DNA of 64,000 bases, from NCBI GenBank assembly GCA_964589435.1, contig CAZPTT010000009.1:2457-66456 (forward strand). The letters run 5' to 3'. A program made the translations under genes and the position numbers. The DNA comes from an uncultured Pirellulaceae bacterium (GTDB taxonomy: Bacteria; Planctomycetota; Planctomycetia; Pirellulales; Pirellulaceae). Shown in pieces: positions 28,957 through 38,855 of the stretch; within the stretch, counting starts at the first letter, position 1; each line of letters starts with the position of its first letter. The notes under the pieces are model-generated. The model was not told where the DNA came from. It worked only from the letters and a program-made list of their open reading frames with translations, and did not search any database.

Positions 28957-29496
28957 ATGAGTGAAAACCAAATTGTTATCGCCGTGACCGGAGGGGTCGC
29001 GGCGTTCAAAACTGCGGCGTTAACCAGCAAGCTTGTTCAAAGCGGCTATTCGGTTCGCGCGATCATGACACCGGCGGCTGAAAAGTTCGTCGGACGAGCA
29101 ACTTTCGCGGCGCTGACAGGCAAACCAGTCGTCACCGACTTGTTCGATCCCGCGTTTCCGCTTGGCGCGCACATTGAACTCGCACGTTCCTCAAGCTTAC
29201 TTTGCGTCGCACCGGCTACCGCAAATTTCCTGGCCAAAGCAGCCAACGGCATCTCGGATGACTTGCTCAGCACTCTGTATCTTTGCTTCACAGAATCAGT
29301 CATTGCGGTTCCCGCGATGAATTGTGAAATGTGGGAGAAAGCTGCTGTCCAGCGCAACGTCAATCAACTTCGGGACGACGGTGTTCAAATAGTCGATCCG
29401 CAAGATGGCTGGTTGAGTTGTCGAACTAAAGGCGTCGGGCGTATGGCTGAGCCAACGGATATCCTCGCGGCCATCGAAGCCATTTTGAAAAAATAG
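28957..29496 (+). CDS. coaC: Phosphopantothenoylcysteine decarboxylase (CoaC half of CoaBC)
   Basis: VTGGVAAFK, APATANFLAK.ANGI.DDLL, PAMN..M and G.GRMAEP. Confidence 0.93.
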   Translation: MSENQIVIAVTGGVAAFKTAALTSKLVQSGYSVRAIMTPAAEKFVGRATFAALTGKPVVTDLFDPAFPLGAHIELARSSSLLCVAPATANFLAKAANGISDDLLSTLYLCFTESVIAVPAMNCEMWEKAAVQRNVNQLRDDGVQIVDPQDGWLSCRTKGVGRMAEPTDILAAIEAILKK

Positions 29497-29506
29497 GAGC
29501 CGCACC

Positions 29507-30136
29507 GTGGCCCGCATTCTGCTCACCTCCGGACCGACTCGCCAGTACCTTGATCCTGTTCGATATCTGAGTAACGCATCGAGCGGACAGATGGGGCGAT
29601 GCCTGGCGGAGGCCGCACTCGCACTTGGACACGAAGTTGTCATCGTCAGCGGTCCGGTGCTGGTGGAGTATCCTGAACAAGCGACGTTGATTCCGGTGAT
29701 TTCAACCGAAGACATGTTGGAAGTTGCTGAGCGTGAATTCGCGAATTGCGATGGTCTGATCGGGGCTGCCGCACCATGCGACTATCGGCCCATCGAAGTC
29801 GCTGATCACAAAATTCGGAAGACAGGCGAAGTCCTGCAATTGAAACTGGTGGAAACACCGGACGTCGTTGCAACGCTCGGTGCCAAAAAGCGAGCTGACC
29901 AATGGACAGTTGGATTCGCGTTGGAAACAGAAGACGCGCGTTTTCGGGCGTTGGCCAAGCTTGAGCGAAAATGCTGTGACCTTGTGGTTCTCAACGGAGT
30001 CTCCGCAATCAATTCAACCGAAAACGAAGTTGAGTTAATCGAGCCGGGCGGTCAAGTCGTCAAAGCGATCGCAGGCTCAAAACAGGAAGTCGCCAAACAG
30101 CTATTGGCAACGATCCAACAGCGACTGATTAAATAA
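29507..30136 (+). CDS. coaB: Phosphopantothenate-cysteine ligase (CoaB half)
   Basis: LTSGPTRQYLDPVRYLSNASSGQMG, AAAPCDY and VGFALET. Confidence 0.93.
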   Translation: MARILLTSGPTRQYLDPVRYLSNASSGQMGRCLAEAALALGHEVVIVSGPVLVEYPEQATLIPVISTEDMLEVAEREFANCDGLIGAAAPCDYRPIEVADHKIRKTGEVLQLKLVETPDVVATLGAKKRADQWTVGFALETEDARFRALAKLERKCCDLVVLNGVSAINSTENEVELIEPGGQVVKAIAGSKQEVAKQLLATIQQRLIK

Positions 30137-30169
30137 ATAGTCCGCTTGCGCGATTCGCCCCCTCGCAAT

Positions 30170-30793
30170 CTAATCCTCGACGACCACCAACGCTGATTCC
30201 ATACGTTTACCCGCATCTTGGGCGAACCGCTTTTGTTGATGGCGTAGATACGAAATGAACAACTTACTCAACCAAGACGCAGGTTTGGAATACGACCCGA
30301 TCAAGAAATCAACATCGCCGGTTTCTTTGTTCCATGTCACGGCAAGTTTCTCTTCGCCAATAGCTGCGTGGACAGGCAAAGTCCCAATTCCGATGGATGT
30401 AGACTTTTCAAATTCATTTTCTTGCTCGTCGACATAAACGACGCGGCAAGTACTTGCCGGATGCAAGCCAAATGCGTTTGCGACAATGCAGAACTCAACG
30501 CCCTCGGCGAGATCTTGGCGGCAATGGTAGCCAACCCAAGGTAAATCAAAACAGGTTCCGCTCCGCAAGGCAGTGACTGCCGCGTCAAAACTGGTTGCTC
30601 CAACGCCGATTTTCGTTCGACGACGCTGGATCAAATATCCGTTTTCAACAACTGCCTTCGGTTGAATGGCAAACAACGTCCCGTCCCAATCGCAAGTCGA
30701 ACCGACACTGCCGTAGCTGAAACCGTGATGGCGGCACTCATTGAGGAGTAAGCTAATCTTTCGATCACTTGGGTTTGCCCAAAATATTTTCAT
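30170..30793 (-). CDS. DUF1990 family protein
   Basis: FSYGSVGST, IG.G...F..A..AL, GTLP.HAAIGEE and I.SYSKP pattern. Confidence 0.8.
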   Translation of the reverse strand: MKIFWANPSDRKISLLLNECRHHGFSYGSVGSTCDWDGTLFAIQPKAVVENGYLIQRRRTKIGVGATSFDAAVTALRSGTCFDLPWVGYHCRQDLAEGVEFCIVANAFGLHPASTCRVVYVDEQENEFEKSTSIGIGTLPVHAAIGEEKLAVTWNKETGDVDFLIGSYSKPASWLSKLFISYLRHQQKRFAQDAGKRMESALVVVED

Positions 30794-31374
30794 GATGCCC
30801 TTTGGGACGATTGAACCAGTCAGGCACTGCTTCGATAAAAAAAGGAAGATAACTGGGAGTCAAGATCGTTGCCGATTCCACTTGCAAACTACCAACTGCT
30901 GGCAATCCACGTTAGATGTTGGCTGGCATCCACCCCATGCAACGAGACCCGAAACAACGAGCAGATCTTAACTGCGAAACCAAACTATGAACTCAACATG
31001 ATAAAACAACGACACGAATTCGCAGAGAGCGAACCGCAAAAGAAACGAATTACGCAAAAACCTTCGTGATGCCAAAAGGCAACGAAAACATATTCGTGAG
31101 TATTTGTGCTAATTCGTGGCCAAAATAATGAGGCGATAAAAGCGCCTTCGTATAAAATTTTGATTCATCACAGTATTCATCCAGTGGAAGCAAACATCGC
31201 GAACCGATCGTACGCAAATGAAGTGAAGTCTTGTCGACGGGCGCCTCAAAGTTTGGCATGTCAATCCGTTTTGGCATGCACATTGGTCATCTCAACCCGG
31301 AGGAATCCGTCGTTCAAGTGACAGACTAGCGAGTCCAATGCTGGTAAGTATTGGTACGCATTTCGAATGTTTGG

Positions 31375-33936
31375 TTACCCTTCGGAATTGCTTTCCAATG
31401 TCTCATTTTGAAGCGATTCAAGACGTACCGAATTTTCAAGCTCGGACAGGCTAACATCAATTTGTTCGGTTAGATCCTCGGGAAGTGTTTGGCCACCAAA
31501 TCGGACTTCGTTGAACAGCTCCGTTACTTCACGCACAGTCGAATCGATCAACGACGCATCTGGATGTCTAGCGAAGGAATGCGAAACTTCCGTGGCAAAC
31601 TCACGATGGGTTTGACTGGGCTTGCGCAACAAACCACATGGCTCAAGAATCCCGGTCAGGCGATCGTAGAATACGGTTGGTTTTTCTGCTTTAGCTGTCG
31701 ACTCCCTAACCCATTGCCCAAGGCTAGGTGAAATCCAAGAAACGACATCGGCGAACACACCTCGAATCCGGCTTGATCTCTTGCCACTCGTTTTCGGCTT
31801 TCTTGATGGACGGAAATAGGAAACGACTAGAGCAATCATTAATGGGAGCAGCACCAAAGCGACCAGCAAGTAGCGAACGAATGCGCTACTTCTTCCTCGA
31901 TTGATATCGTCCATGGCGTCTGACCACTGTTCAACACCTGCCATTTTCAAAAACTGATAGAACGGAGCCGCCAGAGGCGAAGACCTCGGGCCCGTCGGAG
32001 GAGCATCCATCCCCAACACATAGTCCTGCCAGATATTGCGAGCCAAATCGATGGCTTCGGTGGCAACATCGTCGACATCTTCGTTGCTGGGTGGAGTTGG
32101 ATCAACGACCAACCACGCGCCGCCCGTGCCAGCCTCTCCCCGCTCGCGCATTTCTTTGCTGCAATCCTCTGGAGCGAGATAAGCCTCAACCCAGGCATGG
32201 GCGTGCTTGCCGCGAACCATATAGCTGTTGGACAAACCATTAAAATCGCCGCCGTGGTATCCGACGACCAATCGAGCCGGAATGTCCTGGCTACGCAGCA
32301 TCAGAACCAACGCCGATGCGAACAACTCGCAATGGCCGCTCCGATGGTTCCGAATAAAATCCTCAACCGGATCAAGCGACTCGTCCCAATCAAAGTCACT
32401 GAAATCAAGAGTGTATTCAAACCGTTCCGGTGCCAAAAAGTACTGCTCAAATTCCTTGATCAAATCGTACTGGCTAATACTTGGATCACGACCACGAACC
32501 CGCTTGACTAAACCATCGGCAATACTGACCAACCGAGGGTAACGAGCTTTGTCGATCGACGTCAGCCAACGAAATTGGGGCAAATTATCGGACATTGGTT
32601 TTTGACGATTGCCAGGCGCGTTGGCAACGTATGGCCATGCTTCGCACATCCGACCAAGTTCGTCGATCAAGGTTCCGAGTTCATACTTAAACGGAGCAAG
32701 ATCAATTTTTTGATCAATTCGACAACGCGTCAAAGCTGAAACTTCGTGGCAGAACTCCAAACTTTCTGGGGTTCCGCTGATTCGGAATGCCGGCATGGCG
32801 GTATGAATTAGCGGGTCGATCGTCTCACTCAATGTGATTGACTGCTTGACCAGTGATGCCCCTCCGGGGAAGCGAGGAAAATCCTGATAAACATCCATGT
32901 GGATTCGATCATGCGGAGCGCGCCAATTTGTTTTGCCGTCCTCAATTACCAGACTCGACAATGCCATGCCGCGAAAATAAGGTGGCTGAGAGAGAACGGC
33001 GGTGTTGTTATCACGACTGCCTGCTTTTTCAAAAGTGGCTCGAAACATCAACTCGCTTGATTGGTAGATCTTGTTTTCGTTTTGAAGATCGACAGATTTT
33101 GAAAACGGGGCAGTGGCGACCTTGGTGCGATCGGGACCAAACCATGGCTTCGCATGGCGTGGGATCATGTAAAACAAGATCGAAGTAAAGAGCAATCCCA
33201 ACAACATCCACATCGAGACATGCCACATCATTTTCTGAAGAGGACGGCTATCTCTTGGCAACACATCAAAGAGAAGCACGGCTTCGCCTGAACCGGAAAG
33301 AGAACTCAAAGTCTGCGTTTCAGCTTCGCGAGCGGTTCTTTTTGAATCGGCTGATGCGTGTGTCTCGCCGATCGTGCCGGCAGAATCAAAAGCAAAATCA
33401 ACGGCACTTGAACTACCAACCGCGCCGCCTAGCCGTAGCGCCGCCGCGCGGTTTCGACGTAGCGTTTCATAGTTGCCCGAATACACAGCCTGTAAAACCA
33501 TCGTTACACCGGCAACGAAAAAGTAAAACAGGAACAACATTCCACCTTCAAAATTCAGGCTAAAAATCGCCGCAACGACGACTTGCAGCAGACTAAGAAC
33601 GAGGATCTGCCAAATCAAACGTGGCGTCTTCTTTTGAAGCATCAACACGGTTTGCAAGTAAACCAGCAGGTTCGCAACCGAAATTAGCTTCCCCGTACTA
33701 TCCTCTGGCCAAAAATCTTTCATCGCCAAGACAAGGATCGTCACCGAAGCGATATTGGCCAACAGTCCGTCAACATGAAAGCACTTGAATTGGTCAGCCA
33801 GAAGAAATCCGAGGAAGGCACCTCCGCAAGCAATCATCGTCAGGCGAAAACTTCCCAAACTCAGCCCCAAGAGTCCGCCACTGACGACAACGAGAAGCAA
33901 AACAGTCAATCGGATGATGCGGTCAACCTGTAACAT
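31375..33936 (-). CDS. TgpA-like membrane transglutaminase (DUF3488 + transglutaminase-like + DUF4129)
   Basis: Multi-TM N-terminus; catalytic GHCELFASAL, HAWVE and VDPT; follows DUF58. Confidence 0.9.
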   Translation of the reverse strand: MLQVDRIIRLTVLLLVVVSGGLLGLSLGSFRLTMIACGGAFLGFLLADQFKCFHVDGLLANIASVTILVLAMKDFWPEDSTGKLISVANLLVYLQTVLMLQKKTPRLIWQILVLSLLQVVVAAIFSLNFEGGMLFLFYFFVAGVTMVLQAVYSGNYETLRRNRAAALRLGGAVGSSSAVDFAFDSAGTIGETHASADSKRTAREAETQTLSSLSGSGEAVLLFDVLPRDSRPLQKMMWHVSMWMLLGLLFTSILFYMIPRHAKPWFGPDRTKVATAPFSKSVDLQNENKIYQSSELMFRATFEKAGSRDNNTAVLSQPPYFRGMALSSLVIEDGKTNWRAPHDRIHMDVYQDFPRFPGGASLVKQSITLSETIDPLIHTAMPAFRISGTPESLEFCHEVSALTRCRIDQKIDLAPFKYELGTLIDELGRMCEAWPYVANAPGNRQKPMSDNLPQFRWLTSIDKARYPRLVSIADGLVKRVRGRDPSISQYDLIKEFEQYFLAPERFEYTLDFSDFDWDESLDPVEDFIRNHRSGHCELFASALVLMLRSQDIPARLVVGYHGGDFNGLSNSYMVRGKHAHAWVEAYLAPEDCSKEMRERGEAGTGGAWLVVDPTPPSNEDVDDVATEAIDLARNIWQDYVLGMDAPPTGPRSSPLAAPFYQFLKMAGVEQWSDAMDDINRGRSSAFVRYLLVALVLLPLMIALVVSYFRPSRKPKTSGKRSSRIRGVFADVVSWISPSLGQWVRESTAKAEKPTVFYDRLTGILEPCGLLRKPSQTHREFATEVSHSFARHPDASLIDSTVREVTELFNEVRFGGQTLPEDLTEQIDVSLSELENSVRLESLQNETLESNSEG

Positions 33937-35404
33937 GATCAGATTTCCATTTCTCTGCGAGGGCGCTCACTTGCTCTTGATCCGTTGCCGGCACATCGGA
34001 ATACAACTTGGCGAACTCGTCCGAATCGACTGTGATCCAGCGAACTTGAGAGCCAATCGCTTTAAGCTGACTTTGAATTCGCAGTTCGGTGGCAAAGGCT
34101 TCACTGTTGTTTGGCAAACTCTGAAACGAATTCATTGCTTCAGTCTCAGAGCGAGTGCTGATCACATACAACGGCGTACTTGCTGACACCATTTTGGCAA
34201 TCTGCAGCAAACAGGTGGCAAGCGGCTGGTTGAATCCTGCTTCGCTACCGTCGTCTCGCTGAAATTGGGCAATTGAAAACAGCTGCATTGCTTGATCGAC
34301 AATTTCGCGATGATTGCGGCTGTGGCAGACATCCGATTCATGCCCGCAAACGCCGACGCCAATCCTACCTTGTACTGCCGAGCCAAGATTCATCAAAACG
34401 GTAGCTGCAAATCGCAAAATCAGTTCGCAGTCTTGTTTTTTTTCGATTTCCGATCGGCTGTCGTCGCCGTAGAGGTCTAGCAGAATTGCAAAATCACGAT
34501 TGTCTTGCTGATCATGCTGCTTAACGATTGGCAGTCCATATTTGGCGGACGTGCGCCAGTGGATATGTTTTTTACTATCGCCCGAGCGCCAAGGCCTGAG
34601 TGCGTAAAACTCATCTTCTTCCATGCCTCGTTTGCGTTTGATCGCTTCCGAGCCTACTACAGCCGACTGCACGCGCCGCTCCCACGTCGGAGTTAAGGTT
34701 CCCAAGGCGGGCGCAACAAAGAACTGTTCTTTGACCGGCATATGAATACGACTCTCAACCAAGCCGAATGGGAAAGAAGTTGAAAGTGTCGCGTTGCCAA
34801 CTTCGTATCGCCCTCGCTGGGAAAAATAAACTCGATAAGAAGCCGCCTCAGATTTATAGGGAGCCACTTGAGCCAAGCCGACACGAGCAACGTTCGGGTT
34901 TAACTGACCTCGCGACTTTAACCAACCGATCAGCCGAATCAATCCGTTCGGCCGTTTTGTTTTTGCATTTTCGCTATTAGTCAAATCGCTTTTTTCGAGA
35001 CTACTATTACTGGCCTCACGACTGTCGGACGATGCAACGTCATTGGAATTGTCTCGATTGACTGCGTCTCGAACTTCCAAACCCCAAGCGGACACATGAG
35101 ACCGATTTTCGCAAACCCACTGCACATTTGCGAGTTGGTTAGCGTGAACACGATGTGGCAACAAGCGACGAGCCGACAAGGTCTTGAGACGGAACACACC
35201 GACCCGCCAATTGATGATCAGGAGGCCAAACATCAAACCCGACATCAGCAGCAGCAAATTTACGTTCCGAAGAACGGCTCCGACGGTAATGAACCCCAGC
35301 ACGACCATAAAAACCCAGCCTTCCGATGTCAGTCGGATTTCTCGCAACGGCTTTTTTCGCACTGGGAACATCGGTCGTTTCTGGTTAGCAAATCGGGACG
35401 TCAA
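33923..35404 (-). CDS. DUF58 domain protein
   Basis: RGRY, FPFGL, EFYALRPWRSGDSKKHIHWRTSAK and ILLD. Confidence 0.92.
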   Translation of the reverse strand: MTSRFANQKRPMFPVRKKPLREIRLTSEGWVFMVVLGFITVGAVLRNVNLLLLMSGLMFGLLIINWRVGVFRLKTLSARRLLPHRVHANQLANVQWVCENRSHVSAWGLEVRDAVNRDNSNDVASSDSREASNSSLEKSDLTNSENAKTKRPNGLIRLIGWLKSRGQLNPNVARVGLAQVAPYKSEAASYRVYFSQRGRYEVGNATLSTSFPFGLVESRIHMPVKEQFFVAPALGTLTPTWERRVQSAVVGSEAIKRKRGMEEDEFYALRPWRSGDSKKHIHWRTSAKYGLPIVKQHDQQDNRDFAILLDLYGDDSRSEIEKKQDCELILRFAATVLMNLGSAVQGRIGVGVCGHESDVCHSRNHREIVDQAMQLFSIAQFQRDDGSEAGFNQPLATCLLQIAKMVSASTPLYVISTRSETEAMNSFQSLPNNSEAFATELRIQSQLKAIGSQVRWITVDSDEFAKLYSDVPATDQEQVSALAEKWKSDHVTG

Positions 35405-35497
35405 ACTGGCTGTAAAAGATTGAAATAACGATTCAGTCGGGCTGATTGGTTCGAATCGCCGATCGGATCGACCTTACCAACAAAGTGGAATCGGACA

Positions 35498-36490
35498 TTA
35501 GCTCCGAAGTGGAATTCGCCCAACGATTTCACGAATGATCGCTTCGACATCGTCGCGTCGCCCCCCTTGGACGCCGCCACGTTGCTGAACGCGGTGACTG
35601 AGAACCGAAACTGCAAGGTCCTTTGCATCATCAGGAATCGCAAACGTACGGCTATCAATGAAAGCTAACGACTGGACGGCTCGATACCACGATAGTGCAC
35701 CACGTGTGCTGACTCCGAAACTCAGGTCTGCCGAATCACGTGTCGCGTGGATGACATCCAGCATGTAATCAGCAATTGAGTCATCGACAACAACTTCCCG
35801 GACTGCCAACTGAATATCGAGAACGCGCCGCCAATCGCAGACTGCCTCAAGGGCTTCAATGGGTTCGCCTTGTCGATGGTTCTTGAATATTTCAGCTTCG
35901 AACTCTCGATCGGGATAGCCCATCGAAATTCGAAGCAAGAAACGGTCCAACTGGCTTTCGGGTAACACATAGGTTCCCTCAAACTCAAATGGATTCTGAG
36001 TCGCGATCACCATGAACGGTTGGGCCAGCGGATGGGTTTGCCCGTCAACGCTAACCTGGCAATCACTCATCGCCTCCAGCAGAGCGCTTTGCGTTCTAGG
36101 CGGAGCACGATTGATCTCGTCAGCCAACACAAAGTTGCTGAAGATCGGGCCCCGATTGAAAACGAATTCTGAGTTCTTGGTGTCGAAAACGGAGCTTCCG
36201 ACAATGTCGCTGGGCAACAAATCCGGCGTGAACTGAATGCGGCAAAAATTTCCGTCCACGCTGCGGGAAAGCGCCTTACCCATCAACGTCTTACCAACGC
36301 CCGGCACATCCTCAAGCAAAACATGTTCACCGGCGAATAATGCGACCAGGCACAGCTTGGCTACATCCTGTTTTCCCAACACAACTTGGGCGACGTTATC
36401 CAAAAGTAGCTGAGAACTTTTATGAAGCTCTGCGATCGGAACATTCGTAGCCGGGACATCGCCAAACAAGGTTGAGTCTTTTTTGTCCAA
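35498..36490 (-). CDS. moxR: MoxR family AAA+ ATPase
   Basis: HVLLEDVPGVGKT, RIQFTPDLLPSD, LADEINRAPPRTQSALLEAM and ATQNP. Confidence 0.96.
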   Translation of the reverse strand: MDKKDSTLFGDVPATNVPIAELHKSSQLLLDNVAQVVLGKQDVAKLCLVALFAGEHVLLEDVPGVGKTLMGKALSRSVDGNFCRIQFTPDLLPSDIVGSSVFDTKNSEFVFNRGPIFSNFVLADEINRAPPRTQSALLEAMSDCQVSVDGQTHPLAQPFMVIATQNPFEFEGTYVLPESQLDRFLLRISMGYPDREFEAEIFKNHRQGEPIEALEAVCDWRRVLDIQLAVREVVVDDSIADYMLDVIHATRDSADLSFGVSTRGALSWYRAVQSLAFIDSRTFAIPDDAKDLAVSVLSHRVQQRGGVQGGRRDDVEAIIREIVGRIPLRS

Positions 36491-37004
36491 GGAATTCCAC
36501 CGTTTCTCATCGCGACCAAATTACGGAAACGGACACACCGCTCCAAGCACACATTCTAACGGGTTGCAGAATCCGTGTCTTGCAAAGCAGTGAATGCGTC
36601 GAACGTTTTTTTGGAAAGATTTCGCGTCGCGCGAATCGCGTATGTTACGGTGTGAAACAGTCCACGAATTTAAGCGGGAGAATTCAAGTAGGGATACTAG
36701 AATCAAAATCAAAAGTGCACCCAAAAAGAAACGCGATTCACGCCGAGCGCAATGCCGAACCGCTGCTATGCGATTGCAGCGAGGGCCAACATGCCCCCAG
36801 AAAGGCTTGCCGAAAATCCACACGATTGGATGACCGAATCGGCAAAGCTAAAATCAGAAATGGCGACACCTTTTGCGTCGGGCTCAGATAGAGCGCTAGG
36901 TAGCCGCACGCGTAGGAGAGGACTCACCCAGAAGAGTTCTCAAACAGCAGGCAGCTAGAATCTGACAGCGAAAATCAACGCAAAAAAGCGGACGAACGAC
37001 TTGC

Positions 37005-37274
37005 TTAGACTTCGTCGATACGCCAAGGGAAGCTGCCTGGAAAGGGGCCAAACTTGTTGATCTCCAACACCAACATCAACGTTGCCAAGACGATACAAAT
37101 CAATGAAATCAAAAGCATGGCGTCAAAAACTGTGAACGCAGGCTTCTTCTTTTCTTCGACTTCGCTATCGGCGGAATCGACTGGGCTTTCATCCGAAGTC
37201 ATACCGACATCATCTGATTCTGGCACGATCAATTCGTCGTTTGCAATATCGGCGTCGTCAAGAATATCAGACAT
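37005..37274 (-). CDS. Small acidic protein with C-terminal TM helix
   Basis: D/E-rich N-terminus and FTVFDAMLLISLICIVLATLMLVLE. Confidence 0.7.
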   Translation of the reverse strand: MSDILDDADIANDELIVPESDDVGMTSDESPVDSADSEVEEKKKPAFTVFDAMLLISLICIVLATLMLVLEINKFGPFPGSFPWRIDEV

Positions 37275-37352
37275 CGTTGGCGCTCAAAGTGGTATTGGAC
37301 TCAATAAATCGGTAGTGACGACCTATTCAATTGAATGAAATCGTCGAAGTCG

Positions 37353-37598
37353 TTAGTTGCCTTCCAATCGTCCGGCTTCCATGAAAAACATGATCGTCGC
37401 GACGAGTAGAAAAACAAAACTTAGGATCAGCATCACTGAATAAATGCTGAACGACTGTTTACGGTACATCGGCGGGGCAGGGAGGTTGGGAGCCGAGACT
37501 TCGCCTTCAGACATCTCCATGCCCTCGTCGAATCCTTCTGTACCAAACCCATCTTCCATCCCCGGATCTTCTGAGAATTCAGAATCGGCTAGTGACAT
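37353..37598 (-). CDS. Small acidic protein with C-terminal TM helix (similar to neighbour)
   Basis: ATG at 37598 after GGGAG; FSIYSVMLILSFVFLLVATIMFFME. Confidence 0.7.
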   Translation of the reverse strand: MSLADSEFSEDPGMEDGFGTEGFDEGMEMSEGEVSAPNLPAPPMYRKQSFSIYSVMLILSFVFLLVATIMFFMEAGRLEGN

Positions 37599-38403
37599 GA
37601 TCTCCCTCGCGAACGATATCTTGCATGAAGTCCTTGTTGGTACGCGCGACAGAGACATTGAACTCTGTCTTGGTCACGGTAACCTTTCCGATGTAGCGAT
37701 CGCCACGATAAACATCGAAGACATGGCCAACGCGAATTCCGTCATCGGTTCCCATACTGATGGCGACCAAGTCTCTGCTTTGGCCAATTTTGGTAACCAC
37801 TCCGTCGAGCGGCGGCACAATGTGATCGGTCAATGAATCTGGCTTCAGCCCGTTGGCTCGCATGACCTTCATGCGTTGGGTCAGATCGGCACTCAGTTCT
37901 TTCTGCATTTTTTCCAAAACGGAAACTTGATTTTTCAGTTCGAAACCTTCGTTGGTCAAGGCTCGCACAAGTGTGAATTTGTCAGCGACGTCGGCATTCA
38001 ACTCAAGGTTACGCTGTTTAAGAAGAGCAACTTCTTTATCCTGCTGGGCAAGACGTGATTCAGCCGCTTCTAGTCGGCGAAGCCTTTCCTGGCTGATCAC
38101 CTGTTCGGCTTTCAAGAGTGATTCTTTTTGATTGAAGTTATCAATCGACATCTTCAGTTGTGATTCCAACTGAGCCAGTTGCATCGCTCGAGAAACCTGC
38201 TCGGAATTAAGAGCCTTAGTCTTCTCTGTTGTGTTGCCCTTGGCTTCATCCAGCAACTTTTTAGTTGCTAGGGCGTCCGCCTTGTTCTCAGAGGCGACTT
38301 TCTTCCAGTTACGGTGTGATGCTCCGACCATCACGGCCATCACAAGAAAGCAAATACTCATGAAGAAAATCAAAAGCGTAAAAATCTTGCCCATCAAATT
38401 CAT
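37579..38403 (-). CDS. Membrane-anchored coiled-coil protein with C-terminal beta domain
   Basis: N-terminal TM (GKIFTLLIFFMSICFLVMAVMV), long heptad region, then AISMGTDDGIRVG. Confidence 0.8.
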   Translation of the reverse strand: MNLMGKIFTLLIFFMSICFLVMAVMVGASHRNWKKVASENKADALATKKLLDEAKGNTTEKTKALNSEQVSRAMQLAQLESQLKMSIDNFNQKESLLKAEQVISQERLRRLEAAESRLAQQDKEVALLKQRNLELNADVADKFTLVRALTNEGFELKNQVSVLEKMQKELSADLTQRMKVMRANGLKPDSLTDHIVPPLDGVVTKIGQSRDLVAISMGTDDGIRVGHVFDVYRGDRYIGKVTVTKTEFNVSVARTNKDFMQDIVREGDHVTSRF

Positions 38404-38855
38404 CGAATTTACCTCTTCCGCCAATCAAGGCGATTACCTCAAGAACTGGACTGCCAACTAACTCTGATTCTCGCACAGACGCGAGGGTGGTCAAAGTATT
38501 TGAAGTTGTGCGAGATGCCCCGCATTCCGCCTCAAACACCCAACCTAAGTATACTTACACCCAAATGGGACTGCCAACGATTTCGGGCATTATCCTAAAA
38601 TGACGCCAAACTTGGGCTCCGCTTTCTAATCATCGGCTTGGATCGATAAACACTGAAGATCCCGTGGTGTTGGCCACCCAATTGGAAAACAACAATCAAT
38701 TCTGGCTGTTGCACATGACAGGACACGACCGAAGCGAAAAACCCCTATTTTCGGAGCCGTTTTGAATATCGGGATTAACCGGACTGACACCACCGGCTCA
38801 CGCTCAACGAGTCGGCGATCAATCGCGATGACCGAATTTTGGCCGGCGATCCGGT

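Noticed and set aside
28957-30136. coaBC split into two genes as a possible frameshift
   Set aside because: Both halves have their own start and RBS-like sequence (GGAG before the GTG at 29507). Separate coaC/coaB genes are a known arrangement.
30793-31375. About 580-bp intergenic gap as a possible ncRNA or small ORFs
   Set aside because: No riboswitch, tmRNA, RNase P or SRP motif and no convincing stem or ORF was recognised by eye.
35440-35465. GGTTCGAATC as a tRNA T-loop
   Set aside because: No pairing T-stem, acceptor stem or anticodon arm around it.
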